Shown piece after piece: positions 40,661 through 54,747 of a stretch of 64,000 nucleotides of DNA. Origin of the DNA: Vicugna vicugna (Eukaryota); contig MU057560.1 in NCBI GenBank assembly GCA_013265495.1, forward strand, positions 1,066,753 to 1,130,752, read 5' to 3'. The notes below the pieces were generated by a model, which was not told the DNA's origin, did not search any database, and saw only the letters and a list, made by a program, of their open reading frames with translations. The translations under genes and the position numbers were made by a program. The first letter of the stretch is position 1; each line of letters opens with the position of its first letter.

Positions 40661-40810
40661 CTTCTCCTCTCAGGGTTTTTGGGTTTTTTTTTGCCAGTTA
40701 ATGATTGCATTCCCTATAATTTAACCATAGAATGAGCACCACTTGGTAAAGAAAGGAGTTAATTTGGCAGGAATATTAGGTTCATTGAAATACCGAGTTT
40801 TTCTATCATG
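40661..40810 (-). ncRNA. Candidate non-coding (lncRNA/5'UTR) exon, 150 nt
   Basis: Acceptor ttttattccttgtaattttccctcacag| and donor GAAG|GTGAGT; stops in all three frames. Confidence 0.4.
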
Positions 40811-42419
40811 CTGTGAGGGAAAATTACAAGGAATAAAATTAAAAAAAAAAACAAAAACCTGTGCCGACTCTGCAATGATGGCTGCTGAGTCTCTGGCTGC
40901 ACCGGCACTGCTAGCATGATTGGGAGGCTGCCCGGTGTCACCTTGATATGGGATGTGCTTCCTAGGGCAAGAGCTGGAGAATTGCAAGGCAGACGTCCAA
41001 TCAGATGAGATGGTTTTTGGAATTAATGAGCTTAATCATATAATATTTGCTCTGTATTTGTTTCAAAGAAAGATCAGTAAGGTTTTAAACCTTGTAGTAA
41101 GCTATGTTCCTATGCTGACAATGTACAAATGAGATTCTTTAATATGTATTCCAGTTATGTTAGCAGGGATATTTCTAACTATAAATTTATCCATGATTTT
41201 ACTTACTTCATAAATGCAGAGTTAAAAATCACCATCAAAAACCTCTTTCTGTATATTTTTATCTCTACTATTTATAACTGAGTTGCATCTTAATGGAGCA
41301 GAGAGAGAAGAGTGGTGATGGAGAGATTCCACACTGATTTAAGGAGGAAGGCAAATCATATTTATAATCTTTGGCAGAAAGTTATGGTAAGAACTGAGTT
41401 TTCCATCCCTAGGCTTCTGAAGCTCAATGATGGTGCCTGCTCTTTTTATTTTAACTTTTTGAGATTAGACATTCTTTGTCTGGAAAAACACTCGGCATAG
41501 TCTTCCTAATGTTAAGTTACCCCTTTTGACATCCTGGACACAAGGAAAGTCCACACACTACACAGTTAGATATTGTTCACATGCTAAACAGCCTGCAATG
41601 TACTTCTCGTCTCAGAAAACAACAGTAACAAATCCTGAGAGGTTTAAAAGTTATATCCAAGAGGCAAATGAAGTTAAGTCTCAGAAAATACGGCCAGGCA
41701 TATTGTGTGGCATATAGAATGCGCTGAATTAATGTTCAGTTAATACATGGAGAGAGGTGCCACGGCACATGTGTAAGCAAGGGGCCTGTAGTATAAAAGA
41801 GATACGTTTATTAACACAAACCCACTGAAGCAATTGATTTTGCCTTAGTTTGTAGCTTTGATGGGGTTTTTGAATCCTTCTTCTGTTTTGTTCCTAATCC
41901 CAGTTTTAATGTCTCTGATACCAACGTCCCTACAGACCAGCCCAATCGGTGATTTTACTCCGCCACACTTGACCAGCACCATTTGGGCACCCTGTCGGAC
42001 ACTAGCGGACACAGCCATCAATCACTGGTGAAATATGGAAGACATTAAGATGGAAACGGATCAGTCACTAGAGCTGTAATATAATAATGTGCTTGTTAAC
42101 ATCAAAAATTTAGTTGCAAAGCCCCACGACATGTCTCCCTTCCAAAACCAGTCATTCTCATCACCTCCAGAGTAAACACACATTTGTCACTGTTAAATTC
42201 AAGATCTGAACTCACCCAAAATTACTTTCCCAGGTCTGCTTTCATGAACTGCATTATTGCCCATAAGCTCAAGTCAAGACAAATACTCTCCAACACCCGA
42301 ATCCAGAACTCCGTGGTTGTTCTCATGTTTGCCTCCCTGCCTGCTCCAGCAGGCAGCTCCACAGGAGCCCTAAACGTCCCTCCGGAGCCAGGACCCATGC
42401 TTCTGCCCTTGCAGACGAG

Positions 42420-44030
42420 CGTATGGCCTTAGAATTTCACATGCATAAAATGGGTTCCCTGCTATTTTGCGTCTGACTCCTTTTGCAGAGTACTGTTTTG
42501 AGACTCATTTATGTTATTGCTGACACCAGCAGCTTGGTTTTTTTTTTATTTTATTTTATTGGTTGCTGTTGAGTTTTGTAGATACACCACAATTCATATA
42601 GGCATTCACCTGGTGATGAGCATTTGGGTTATTTCCACTTCAGGCTATTTTATAAACAAAGTTGTTATGAACATTCGCATGCAAGTCTGTCTGCATGCAT
42701 TTTCCCTTTTGCTGGGTAAATTTCTGCAAGTGGAATTGCAGGGACTTACAGAAAGAGTATGAATTACTTTAGAAGAAACTGCACAGTTTTCACGAAGTGG
42801 TTATACCGTTTTACATTCTCCCCAGCGATGCCTGAGGGTTCCAGGTGCTCCGCATTCTCACTGACACTTGTTCTTGCCATGAGTTTTAAGGTCAGCCATT
42901 CTGTCGGATGTAGACGGCAGCATCTCAGAGTGGTGGCATCTTGCATGCCTCTGACCATCAGGGAGGCTGAGTGCCATGTGCTTGTCGGCCATCCTTCTGT
43001 CTTAAGTGAGCGCTGGTTCTAGTCTTTTGCCCAGTTAAAACTGAATTGCTTGTCTTCATATAGCTGAGTATGGATCCTGGTTGTAAGTCCTCTGTCACGT
43101 GTATGTACTGTGAGTGTTTTCTCCCATCCTGAGACTTACATTTTCACTTTCAATGATGTCTCATGAATACAAGAATTTAATCTTTTGATAAAGTCCAACT
43201 TATCAATGTTTCTTCCTTGATTAATGGGATTTTTTATTATAAGCAGAAATGTCTGCCCTTTGTAAGTAAAAAAAGATGTTCTACTTTCTCCTAGAAGCTT
43301 TATAGACGCTAGCTTTTACTTTTATGTTTAAGATCAATTTAGATTTAATTATTTTCACATGTAAGGAAAGGAGCATCAGTGATTTTTTTTTAAGTTTTCT
43401 GTAATTTTGTTCAACGTTTTCAATCTCATGTATTAGAAGTGTGTATTCAATTTCCAAATATTTGGGAATACTTGTTATTGCTTTTTAATATAATGTAGTT
43501 AAGGTCAGTGAATTCTTCTTTATGATTGTAACTTTTATATATTTAGAAATAATTATTTTCTTACTATTATAATGTCTATCTTAGTGATTTTCCCATGTAT
43601 ATCTGAAAAAAATATGTATCCTGACGTTTTGGGGTTCAGTGTTCTATAAATATTAATTAAGTAAAGCTGGTTGATAGTTTTTTTACAAGTCTTTTGTACC
43701 TTTAAGGACCATTTTGTCTGTTTCTTCTATAAATAATTAATAGAGAAATACTGAAATCTTCAGCTGCAGCGGTGACTGTTTCAGTGAGACGTTGAGTCTC
43801 TGCTGGGATTCCTCATTCCTGAAGCCCTGCCCAGAACTTTCCTGCAGGCAGAAAGCTGGGACGATTGCTTGTCCCACATCATTAATTTTCCTTATCTCAA
43901 GAATTACAGTCTCGCACTGCATGTTGTCCAATATCTAAAAACATTTCTTTTATATATTTTGGCCAATCTTCTCATTGTTTCCATAGCACCATAATCCCCA
44001 TATCAGATATTTCTTTACTAATGGACTATT
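42420..44030 (-). mobile_element. Old L1M 3' end and ORF2 pieces
   Basis: gagactcatttatgttattgc...gttgttatgaacattcgcatgcaagtct...ttttgataaagtccaacttatcaat. Confidence 0.7.
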
Positions 44031-44404
44031 TTCAGTTGTTCATTAGAATAGGGCCATGTTATTAATATGTTGACTATGGCTAAGACATTGCATAAAATTG
44101 CAAATATTTTATCACTTCTTTTTTTTAGCTTAAATAAATAATTGAATGCCCTTCCTAAAATTCTAATGTGTTTCCTTAAATTTAGGAATGCTTTTTTTTT
44201 TGCCGAAGAAATTTATTTCCTTTTTATAACAGCATTAATAATAATAATAAAAAACTTGGCAAGATTAACTTTGCAACAGATCTTGCAGATACGCATCCAT
44301 TTCACTGACTGGTAGTTAAGTTCTTCAGCATACCTTTTCTTAACCCTGTGGATACTGAGTTTTGTAGATGAAGTACTGTCAAAAACCTCTGCAATATTTT
44401 AGAC

Positions 44405-44572
44405 TCCTGCCTCAAGATGTTGTCAGCTGACCAGCAGTATTAACAGTCAGCTCAGAATTTGTTAGAAATGTAAGCTCTCAGGCCCCATGCCAGGTCTTCT
44501 GGATGAGAATCTGCATTTCAACAAGAACCCCGAGTGTTCTGTACGTGTATTAAAATCTGAGAAGCACTTCTG
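44405..44572. mobile_element. MER5A/B element
   Basis: gaccagcagtatt...ttgttagaaatgtaagctctcaggcccca...gaatctgcatttcaacaag...tgagaagcact. Confidence 0.75.
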
Positions 44573-45420
44573 TCCTAGATCAGAGTCTTTGTGAATGTTC
44601 CCCATCTGTCTCACGTGACAGGCATCTATTTACATTCTGCATTCATAGCGACACCCGGTAGAAAGCAATCTGTTTGCTTAAAAGCACATGGGTGTGAATT
44701 TTCTGGTCCTCTCAGGGCCCTGCACATCACCGCAGAGCCCGGAAGGGCTCCTGCGTGGCAGGACCTGCCTGCGTTCCCATCGGAAGCTCTGGTTGAGGTC
44801 TGCATCTCAGCTGCTTCAGGTGTGAGGAGGAAACTCATCTGTACATTCTCCTTTCAAGTGCAGTTCTTTTAAAATGAAATTTGATTTAAACTGATGCAGC
44901 CACTGGGACTTAGCAACACATTTATTTTATACATTCAGCAAGATCTGCCAGCCAGTGGAGAAAATGGTGTAACTCAAAATGTGCACGTTCTTCCACTGTT
45001 AGCCCGGGCGAGCAGAGACTTTTGGGCAGACCGTTTCTTTCTGTTCTGGAATTTGATAGCAAAGAAAAGAAGGAAGCAGGATAAGCCATTAGAACATGAA
45101 AACAAGCAAACACTTGTCTTATGGGCCCCCTAATATATTCCACCAACAGCTGCTTGTGAAGTCAGTCTTTTGCCAGCCCTGCACTCCCGGAGCCTTAGAG
45201 GGACACACACATAGATTTGAGATTGTGCAGCAGAACACCTTTTGAGGAAGTGAGTAAACACTTTAACTCATGTCTGTAGATTTTAGAGATTAGTATGGAA
45301 ATAAGGCAAGGCAGGAAGTAACTGCAGAGGAAATGAACTGTGCACAGTGGCGATTCCTCTTCAGATAGTCCTCAGTTCTATGGTCATTTCTTTCCCCTGA
45401 GAGCCAGGGCTGCCAACTTG

Positions 45421-45435
45421 AGGAGAGAGAGGGAA

Positions 45436-45466
<31 letters not shown>
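45421..45466. repeat. (GA)n-rich microsatellite
   Basis: Directly visible. Confidence 0.9.
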
Positions 45467-45849
45467 CTGTGACGTACAGACAGCAGGTCTGTTGTGCAGA
45501 GTGGAAAATCTTACGTCTACCGTATGTACAGGTTTGTTTCATAGCAAATAGAAAAATAAGTAACTAGTTATGGGGGGAGGGGACTGTGGCTTTTAATAAT
45601 TGATGGGGTAATTGAATGTTTTCTGAACTTCTGACATGCACCTTTATACAGAGACATGCCAGGTTTCATACAGCTTTTGGGTAGATCTCTGTGGAATGAA
45701 GAAAAGCATGAAAGTACTAATAATTAATGAAGAATATCCAAACAGGAGGTGGGCAAAGTAATTTTCCTGTTTTTACTTTTTCTCCTTCATTCCACTTTTT
45801 TTCTCTTTTCTCTTTTTTTTTTCATTTTTATCTTTCTCTTTACTTGCTT

Positions 45850-46720
45850 ATTTCTTGACACTATACTGAGCACATACTGTTATGTGCTAAAATCAGAAAG
45901 CACAATATTGAACACCAAGAAGCACATTTTCTCAACACTTGGAATGTCAAATCTAGGGGAAAACATAGAATTAACCAAGTAATCACACCGATGAATGTAT
46001 AATTACGAAGTTAGTCAAGTGCTGAGTTCTGAAGAATAAGTGAAGATGGAGAGAGTTCTAAAATGAAGCCAAGCATCCTAAATGTGGGGAACCATGCCCA
46101 GGACCAAAGTCATCTGGAAAGAGGAAACCAGGCGAACGCTAACAACAAAGTGTGGTTGGTGTGACTGGAGTGCAGGGAAAATTAGGGAGGGTGGTGAGTG
46201 ACTGTAGAAAAGGGTCAGGAGGAAGCGGTTCTCAAAGCCACGTGAGACATTGAAGGGTTATGATCTGGATGGTGGTGAGCTGAGTGTTGGTGGTCACCTG
46301 GTCTAACTGGCATTTAGAGAAAAGAAATTTTAAGGGGATCAGAGTGGTTGTCAGATACCACTTGGTGACACTGTCTAATCCAGGCAGGACTTAATTACTG
46401 TTTGGTCTTGGGAAGAGCAGTGAAGATGGAAAGAGGTACATGAATTAAAGTATTTACATGATAAAATTAAGAGTATTTGGTGTGTGGGGGTGTATAGCTC
46501 AAATGGTAGAGCGCATGCTTAGCAGGCACAAAGTCCTGGGTTCAATCCCCAGCACCTCTTCTAAAAATAAATAAATAAAACTAATTACCTCCCCACCCCC
46601 CCCCCAAAAAATAAGAGTTTTTGGTGATAGATTGATTAGACATGACAGGTGGAATAAAAATAAGATGTCAATGATGACTTCAAGCTTTCTGACATGTGAG
46701 AGAGCCATTTGGAGAAAATT
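45850..46720 (-). mobile_element. L2 fragment, interrupted by a SINE
   Basis: actgagcacatactgttatgtgctaa...gcagtgaagatggaaagagg...tttggtgatagattga...aatgatgacttcaagctttctgac. Confidence 0.6.
46483..46611 (+). mobile_element. tRNA-Ala-derived SINE (camelid Vic-1-like)
   Basis: A box tagctcaaatgg, B box ggttcaatccc, then an A-rich tail plus C run; 15-bp TSD taagagtatttggtg (46468-46482) / taagagtttttggtg (46612-46626). Confidence 0.9.
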
Positions 46721-46883
46721 ATAAGTTGTTCCTGGACCTGCTGTGATCTCAGAAAGGAGAATTTAAAAGGCAATTGGCCAAGGGTCAGACAAATATTTTT
46801 TGTCCGAAGATACGAAAGAAGATATGAAAGCAAATGAATCCTGATACAGGTTCTGTTCGTACTTGATACATATGTACAAGTGA

Positions 46884-46941
46884 GTGTGTGCGTATGTGCG
46901 TATGTGCGTATATGCGTGTGTGTGTGTGTGTGTGTGTGTGT
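46884..46941. repeat. (TG)n microsatellite with adjacent tgcgtatg units
   Basis: Directly visible. Confidence 0.9.
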
Positions 46942-49900
46942 AAGCTGACTCTTTAATAAACTGTAGATTATTTTCTAATATTAGTTGAATTCTAAACAAA
47001 CACTTGGTCTTGGCATGTCTGTAGTATGGCAACAAATAAAACCCATAGTTTGAAGACAAATACACTTACATGAGAAGCCTGTTTTGTCCTGTTAACTGTG
47101 GAATTTCAAGTGTATTACATGATCTTCCAAAGCTTTAATTTCCTTTTGGGAAGAACTGGAGGTGATTTACTTAATTTAGAGGAAGATGAAAATAATCATG
47201 ACAATGTGTATAAATTACTGAGCATGGTGCCAGGCACAGAGTCATCTTTTAAACTAGAGGTTGGTACAATCTTTCATTATTCCGGAATTCCTGGTTTCTT
47301 CCTAAGGATAAGAATCTGAATGAGGAGAGCTGAATCGATAATTTCAAGAGAGAAACACTTCTGTGCACACCAGGCAAGCTCTGCTCCTGGTCAGAGTTCA
47401 CACCTCGGATGCCTCTCCAAGGCTGTGGTCACTCTAGAATCTCCACAAAGATGCTTCCTACAAGTGTGATGTTAGCTGATTATTAAAGACTTAGCTAATA
47501 TGTTTAACTATCTCTTAGAGATACGCATTTGTATCAGAGACTTCTGAATGTAGGAACTTATGCCGGGACAATGGAAAACTAAGAGGCAGGGTGTGATATC
47601 TACTGACCCCTCCCACAGCGAAGCCTCCCTCCATGGAACGGTACGCCCAGAGATTGCCATCTGCAATTCATGCATTCAACTGACAAATAGAATGATGTAT
47701 AAATATCATGAATATATGTCAACACTATACTATTGACACACACTAATCATTTAGCACAAGTAAAAGATACACACAGGAATGAGCAAGTTACTGATGATTT
47801 TTTTAAACTTACTTTTTTTTTCAGGGTAGCTATTCTTTAAATACTTAAAAATCCAAGAATTAGTGGGCCTTTCAGACTGCTCAGATAATAAGCTTTATTA
47901 AAATCTTAATACAAGTAAATTTGAATTTGTGGATTTATCATTGTGCTCAGCGGGACATACATTCTACCCTTGGAGATAGTTTTTCTCTATTAGATGTATT
48001 TCCAAATGACTAATTTCATGGATTTTTTTTTCCTTTTCCTTTGTGAGCTCATAATTCTATTTTTTTAAAGAATAGGACAAATGTAAAATAGGCTACTTCT
48101 AGTTCATATACGTGTGACAAAAGGAAATTATATCTAATTTTTACACATACTAAATATCAGCAAGTAAAGAAAGAAATATTAAAGAAATGAGCTTTACTTA
48201 AGGCATAATTTTAATAGAAAATAGATCCCAGACATAATTGAGATCCTCTGCATTTAGAACATGATGTATTAGAACTGTGTACTCAGTTTCTTGTACTGCT
48301 TGTTAGCTTCTGGGTACAGTTAAAATTGGAAAGTTAATTTACAAGCCTTGAATTCCTTGGTCTTGAATTTTGGAAAAATTCTCCCTTTTTCTCTATCTCT
48401 CTCACACATTGTCACAAATATATATATATATATATGTAATGTATTATATATATACACACACAAACATAATTTCTTTTGACCATTTATCATAACAACTGAA
48501 ATTTTTGTCAACCTTTATTATCAGTTGTGGATTTATGGAAATAAGGCCAAAATTAATAATTTTAATTTTTAATTTCAATTTCAATTTTTAAATGTAGCCT
48601 CTAAATTTAATTTGGCAGAAAAAACTTTCTTGTTTAGGCTGTGCAAGAAGTATTTAATATGTATGTTTTTAGTGTATTTTAATATTTTAAAATGTTTTGA
48701 TATAGTTTTAACATGTAAAAATACTTTCATTTTGAAATTAATGAGAATTACATACAGAAACAATGCAGATATGTTGCATATATGCATATATATATGCATA
48801 TAAACTGACATCCTTAATAGAAAAATATCCCTCTAGTTTTATTTCTTTTCATATTGTTGTAATTTTTAATCCACTTTCATTTTATATTAGAAATCACTAT
48901 TGCCCAAAATTTTTCAACATGTTTTTCTTGTTATTCTAGACAAAATTTGAGATTTTTTTTTTTTCCTGTACCACAGGGAGGGAAACTCAAGCTAAGTGGG
49001 AAGGAGGTGATTTATTGATTTGCATCTTTATAACCTCCAAATCCAAAGTTTTAAGAAACATAGATTTAATGAAGGCTATTTTAGTTAGTAACTATTTTAA
49101 ATTGATAAATTTTAAAAATCTCTAGGGAAAGATTTATTTACGTATAAATGTGTGTGACTAATTTATGCATTCAAATTCAAATAACACGCTCATGTCAGGC
49201 CCATAAGTAGAGTAGGAATGCAGCCATCAACCATGACAGATGTGAGTCCTGCCATGTCTTAGAGTTTAACTGGGCAACTAAATAGGAAATGACAAAACAA
49301 TATGACAAAGTAATATGAGGCCTTAACTGGGGCAAGGAATTCAGGAAATCCTGAAGTAGGGAACACCTAACTTGAGATATAAGATGAGAGGGATCGAGAC
49401 AGGTAAGTGGAAATGGAGAGAAAAGACAGAAGTCAAAGGTGGTGATTGTGGTCCAAACCAGAAACATGGACTGAAGGAGGTGGCTGGGTAACAGTGGAAA
49501 TTAAATTGTACTTGGTGATCAAATTTTGACTGTGATTCGCAGGGAGTGAAGAATGGTATTCATGTATCCAGATATAACTGTTATTTGGATAGAAACGTTG
49601 TTCACTGAGATGATGGTGCAGTAAGAAATATGGATATATTGTAAATCATAAGTTCAGTTTTAGACATTATAAATTTTGCATATCTAAGGGGTAACAAGCA
49701 GATGCAAAAAAGTCCTTAAAGCCCCACAAGAATGAGAAATAGAGGAGGTAATGCAACATAGTCCTGCAAGTCACAAGCAGGTGAAGACTCCCCTAAGCTC
49801 ATAACAGAGTCTTAGAAGAGGCAGCTTTAGGAAATCAGAGAAAGATCAGGCTTGTAGTATGTCAGTGGGAGTCAGAAAGCATCTCTAGGATGGAGTCATG

Positions 49901-51963
49901 TTCAAAAGCTGGAGGAAAATAAAAATAATGTTTTAAAATGTTTTATTATTTATCAACAAGAAATAAGAAATAACAGGAAATTTTAAAATACTTCAAAATG
50001 AATGAAAACAGCAATACAATATATCAAATATATGAGATGCAGGTAAAATGATGATTTGATGAAAATTTGTATCTGCATCTATATCAAAAAAGAAACAACA
50101 CCAACACAGTATTTTATCTTAAGAAAGTTCAAAGAAGGAAAGCAAACTAAACCCAAAATAAGCAGAAGGGATTGAATAATAACGGCAGAACCCAAACCAA
50201 TACGACACGAAAGGTAAAATAAAGAAAATCAGTGCAACCAAAAGTTGACGTTTTGGAACGAGCAACAAAGTTGAAAGACCTTTAACTAGTCAAGATCAAG
50301 TATGAGCAACAAATTACTGAAAATAACTCTAGGTGAATTTAATTTTATAAATATGTGTTTAACAAGGAAACAAGTAAAATACTAATTTAAAATCTTAGCC
50401 CCTTAAAAAGCTGACACCCAAACAGTGTCACTGGTGAATTCTATCAAATATTTAAAGAAGAAATAGTGTCAATCGTTCATAAAGTTTCCAGGTTATAGAA
50501 AATGAAGGAACACTTCCTAAGTCATTCTATGACGCCAGCAATGCCCTCATACAAAGAGATCATGAGAGAAAAATACATCTAGGCCAATATCCTTCATAAA
50601 CGTATACACAAAAGTCCCTAATAAGATATTAGCAAACAAAAATCAGCAGCATAGAAAAGATTATATACCATGATCAATGGGATTTATCTTTGGAATGCAA
50701 GGTTGGTTTAACATCTAGAATCAATGAATATACTATACTGTATTAATAGAGTAAAATATAAAACAAAACACATACCATCTCAGTAGCTGCAGAAAAAGCA
50801 TTTGAAAAAAATCTGACACCTTTTCTTCATAAATAATATTAACAAATTACTTTTCCACTAAAATCAGGAACAAAATGAAGTCTTCTCTCCCCACTTTTAT
50901 TCAACATTGTACTGAAAGTTCTAACCAGTGCAGTAATTGTGGGGGAGGGGGAGGGGAGACAAAAAAGATGGATGGAAAAATTTTAAAAACATACACATTA
51001 GAAAGGAAAAAATAAAATTGTCTTTATTCATAGATGACATCAGTGTAGAATATCCCCAGGGACAAAACTAGAAATAACAATGAGTTAAGCAGGTTTGAAC
51101 ATGAGACTGATACCATGTCTACATATGAGCAACAGACAATCTGAAAGTGGAATGAAGAATGCTAGTCCTTTCAAAGTAACTTAATGAAGAAAACAATAAT
51201 TAGAAATAAATTAAGCAAAGAGAGAGCAAGATTTGTACATTACAATTTATAAAACATCATGGAGAGAAACTTCAAAATGCATAAAATAAAAGGAGACAAC
51301 TTCTATGGTGGTGAATCAGAAGGCACAATATTATTAGAATAGCAATTCTTCCCCAAAAGAGCTACAGAGTCGATGCAATATATTTTTTTAAGTCGTCTAG
51401 TGCAGCTTGGGACTTAGAATATTAGAAACAATTATCATTAAGAAGAGCACAGTTGAAGGGCATGCCCTACCCAGCTTCAAATGCGTTATGAAGCTACAGT
51501 AATCAGAGCAGTGCTGTACTGTCATGAGAATGAGCATACAGATCAATGCAAGAAAATTAAAGGCTCAGAAAGAAACCTTTGCATTTAAAGGTAATTGATT
51601 TTTGATGAAGGTACCAAAACAATCCAACAAAAGATCAGTTTTTCCAAAAATGGTGCTGGGGAAATTGGGCATCTGTATCTTAAAAAAGAAAATGAATTCA
51701 GTTTTCACCTTACATAGTTAAAAAAGTAACTCAAAGGGGATCATAGATCTAAATATAAGAAATGTAAACTATAAAACTTCTAGAAGGAAAAATAGGAGAA
51801 CATTTTCATGACCTTGAATTAGGCAAAAACTTCTTAGACAAGGTATCAAAGGCAAGAAATATAGAAATGAGTGATTGGACTTTATTAAAATTGAAAAAAA
51901 TAAAAAAAGACTCCTGCAGTTCAGAGGACTGTATTAAAACAATGAAAAGCAGTCCATGTACTT

Positions 51964-52312
51964 TATCTTAGTCCCTTGGTGCTGCGGTAACAAAATGCCA
52001 CAGACTGGGCGGCTTAAGCAGTAGGTGTTTATTGCTCACAGTCCGGAAGCTGGGAAATCCAGCATCAAGGCCCCAGCAGATTGTGTGTCTGGGGAGGGCC
52101 CACTTCCTAGGTCTCGCTGTACCTTCACGTGACGGAAAGGGTGAAGGGGTTCCTTGGGGTCTCTTTTATAAAGAAACCAATTCCAGTAACGAGGGATCCT
52201 TTCTCATAAACTAATCACCATCCGAAGACCTACGTTCCTATCACCACCACATCAGGGGACAACGTTAATACACTAATAAATTTCGAGGGGGAACAAACTT
52301 CAGATCATAGAA
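51964..52312 (-). mobile_element. MLT1A-type LTR
   Basis: tatcttagtcccttggtgctgcggtaacaaaatgccacagactgggcggctt...ctaatcacc...caaacttcagatcatag. Confidence 0.85.
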
Positions 52313-52335
52313 GCCTGGGGAACAAACATGAATAT

Positions 52336-52755
52336 TATTACAGATTGAATTACATTACCCCCCAAATTCATATGTAACATATGCATTACTTGCAGCGCTT
52401 CAGAATGTGACCTTTTTTGGAAATAGGACCCTCACAGAGCTAATCAAGTTAAAATACGGTCATGGGAGTGAACCCTACTTCATATGACTGACGTCCGCGT
52501 GAAAAGCAGAAATTTGGACACAGACACACACAGACGGAAGAGAGTGCGAAGAAACGCAGGGAGAAGATGGCTGTTTGGAAGCCCAGGAGAGAAGTCAGGA
52601 GAATCTTCTTGCTCGCGGCCCTCAGAAAGCAGCAGCCTGCAGACACTCTGCGTTTAGATTTCCAGTCTCCAGAGCACCGAGGCAACGCACTTCGGTTGTT
52701 CAAGCCGCTCCTTTGCGGTGCTTTGCAACGGCAGCCCTGGGAGGCGTAGCAGACA
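52336..52755 (+). mobile_element. MLT1B-type LTR
   Basis: ccccaaattcatatgt...tcagaatgtgacctt...tggaaatagg...aatttggacacagacaca...agggagaagatggc...ggcagccctgg. Confidence 0.85.
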
Positions 52756-54459
52756 TGTCATATACTAGACAAAAGTCTCGTGTGCAGAAAATGTAAACAA
52801 TGCTACCTCATTTCAAAGAAGATAAACAACAAAAATAAAAACGGGGCAAAAGTGGGCACGAAGAGGTGCTCAACACAGTCAGGCACTGGGGAAGTTTAAT
52901 TTAAGACCACAGGGAGTTACCTCCGCACCTACCAGAATGGCGGTAAGAAAAAGGCCAACAAAGCAAGTGTTGGTGGAGAGATTCAAAGCCTCAGACATTT
53001 CTGGAGGAATGTAAAACGGTTTAACCACTTTGGAAATAGTTTCTCAAAAAGCTAAACATAAATTTAAGATCCATCACAGCAAGTCTATTTCAAGAATCTA
53101 CTGAATGAGGATCTACATCCACAAATATTCACGGCAGCATAATTTGTCATAGCTGAAGAGTGGAGACCATCCAGATTTCCATCAACTGGTAAGAGGGCAA
53201 GCACAATAGGATGTGCCCATACAATGGAACACTAGCTGCGTCAAAGAAATAACACGCTGACTCGGAGGTAAGCCCTGAACCCGTCTTGACAGCTGGGCTC
53301 TTACTCGTGACCTTGCCTTGATGCCTGGGCTGGCGTGAAGGTCCTGCCGGCCCTCCTAGCTCTGATTTTTCATCCAGGACGTGGGACATACTGATGCTCA
53401 AGGCTCATTTTTTTTTTTTTTTAGGGGAATGAAGGAAAATCTTCATTCTAGTAAACAGGGATAATCACCTTCCTAACTGGTGGTACAACAGTGCTTCAAG
53501 TTTCTGCCTCAGGATCAAACGTCCGTCTAATAAATGTGTATCCCAGCTTTTGTAATTCACCTCTGCCAGTTTTAGTACTAGTAGAATGTGCCCAGATTTT
53601 AATTAATTGTCACAGTGACTTTACACTGTTGTATATCTCAGAGCAGCTGACATTTAAGAGAGTTTTCTGCATAATATTTTATTGTAACAGTCCCTTTACC
53701 AATAAATATGGGAAAGGACAGCATACAATTATTATGAGGTGCTTTCCAAACAACCCTAAGCCATTAATAAGATGAAAATATACTTAAATCAATGGTCCAA
53801 TAAAATATGCAGCCAGGGTTTGTGTGCTATACTTTTTGCCGCACATTACATCACAAGGTAATTACAGCCTGATGCAACGTGACTGCAACCGAATTCAGTA
53901 ATGATGTTTTCTACTTCACGGTTTTATTTACAGAAAAAGATTCTTGGTCAAATCGATACGTGTGTTTATTAAATAAACTAAGGAAAGATTGGGGGATGGT
54001 TACTGCTGTTGTGTTCTTATTCTATTTACATAAAGATCACAAGCCTTTCATTAAATATCATTTTGATATAAAAATCATTTCCTCTTTACATTAAAAGTAA
54101 AATAAATGTAGCGAGCATGCCCCCGAAGGCCCAAATTTAGTGACACACCCATGGGCACCTCTCTGTGCTGCCACTGCTCAGAGGAGCAGACCAGGCTAGC
54201 TTTCTGCTTGTCCTCAGCGTGCTGCTTCACTTTTCCAAACATAAAGTTTAAGACCATCTCCAAGGGCTGCTTTTCAGTCTTGGCCAAAGCAAACGAGAGA
54301 GAAGTGAGGAGGTGTTTCCTCTGTAGAAAAATCGCCAGTGCACGCGGCACATCCTCCACGAGGGGGAGAGGGGAGAGTCGAGCAGCACACCCGAGGCGCT
54401 GAGTGAGGGCTCCAACTGGGCCTCGGGCGCAGCCCCCGGACGGGCTGCGATGCTCTGCG

Positions 54460-54640
54460 CGGGAGGCTCAGGCGAGACCCTCTGGCTGCACGTCTCCAAC
54501 TTGCCAGCCTGCGACCTACAACAAGTCATGTCCTCTGCGAACCTGAGTCCACATCTGCATGAAGTGATGCTACCTACATGGCAGGTTGTGAGGGCTCGAG
54601 ACAGTGTTAAACTCCGGGAACGTGAGTGGCACTTAAGATT
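54460..54640 (+). mobile_element. MIR, GC-enriched
   Basis: gcctgcgacctacaacaagtca...ctacctacatggcaggttgtgaggg. Confidence 0.5.
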
Positions 54641-54747
54641 ATCTCACGTGGGCAGAAGAACTGGGAAGATATCGAGCAGAGGTGATCTGCTCTGAATGCT
54701 TCATCTGTATTGAAATACATAAAGTGTCATTAAAAATAAACAACTTA

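Larger units (their letters stand above)
49960..53262 (+). mobile_element. Old L1M ORF2/3' region, interrupted by two MaLR LTRs
   Basis: ggaatgcaaggttggtttaacatc, gcagaaaaagcatttga, decayed RT motif LFIDDI at 51024-51041, aaaatggtgctggggaaattgg. Confidence 0.85.

Noticed and set aside
46486..46560. tRNA-Ala(AGC) gene
   Set aside because: Disrupted anticodon stem, an A-rich tail and a TSD show it is a SINE
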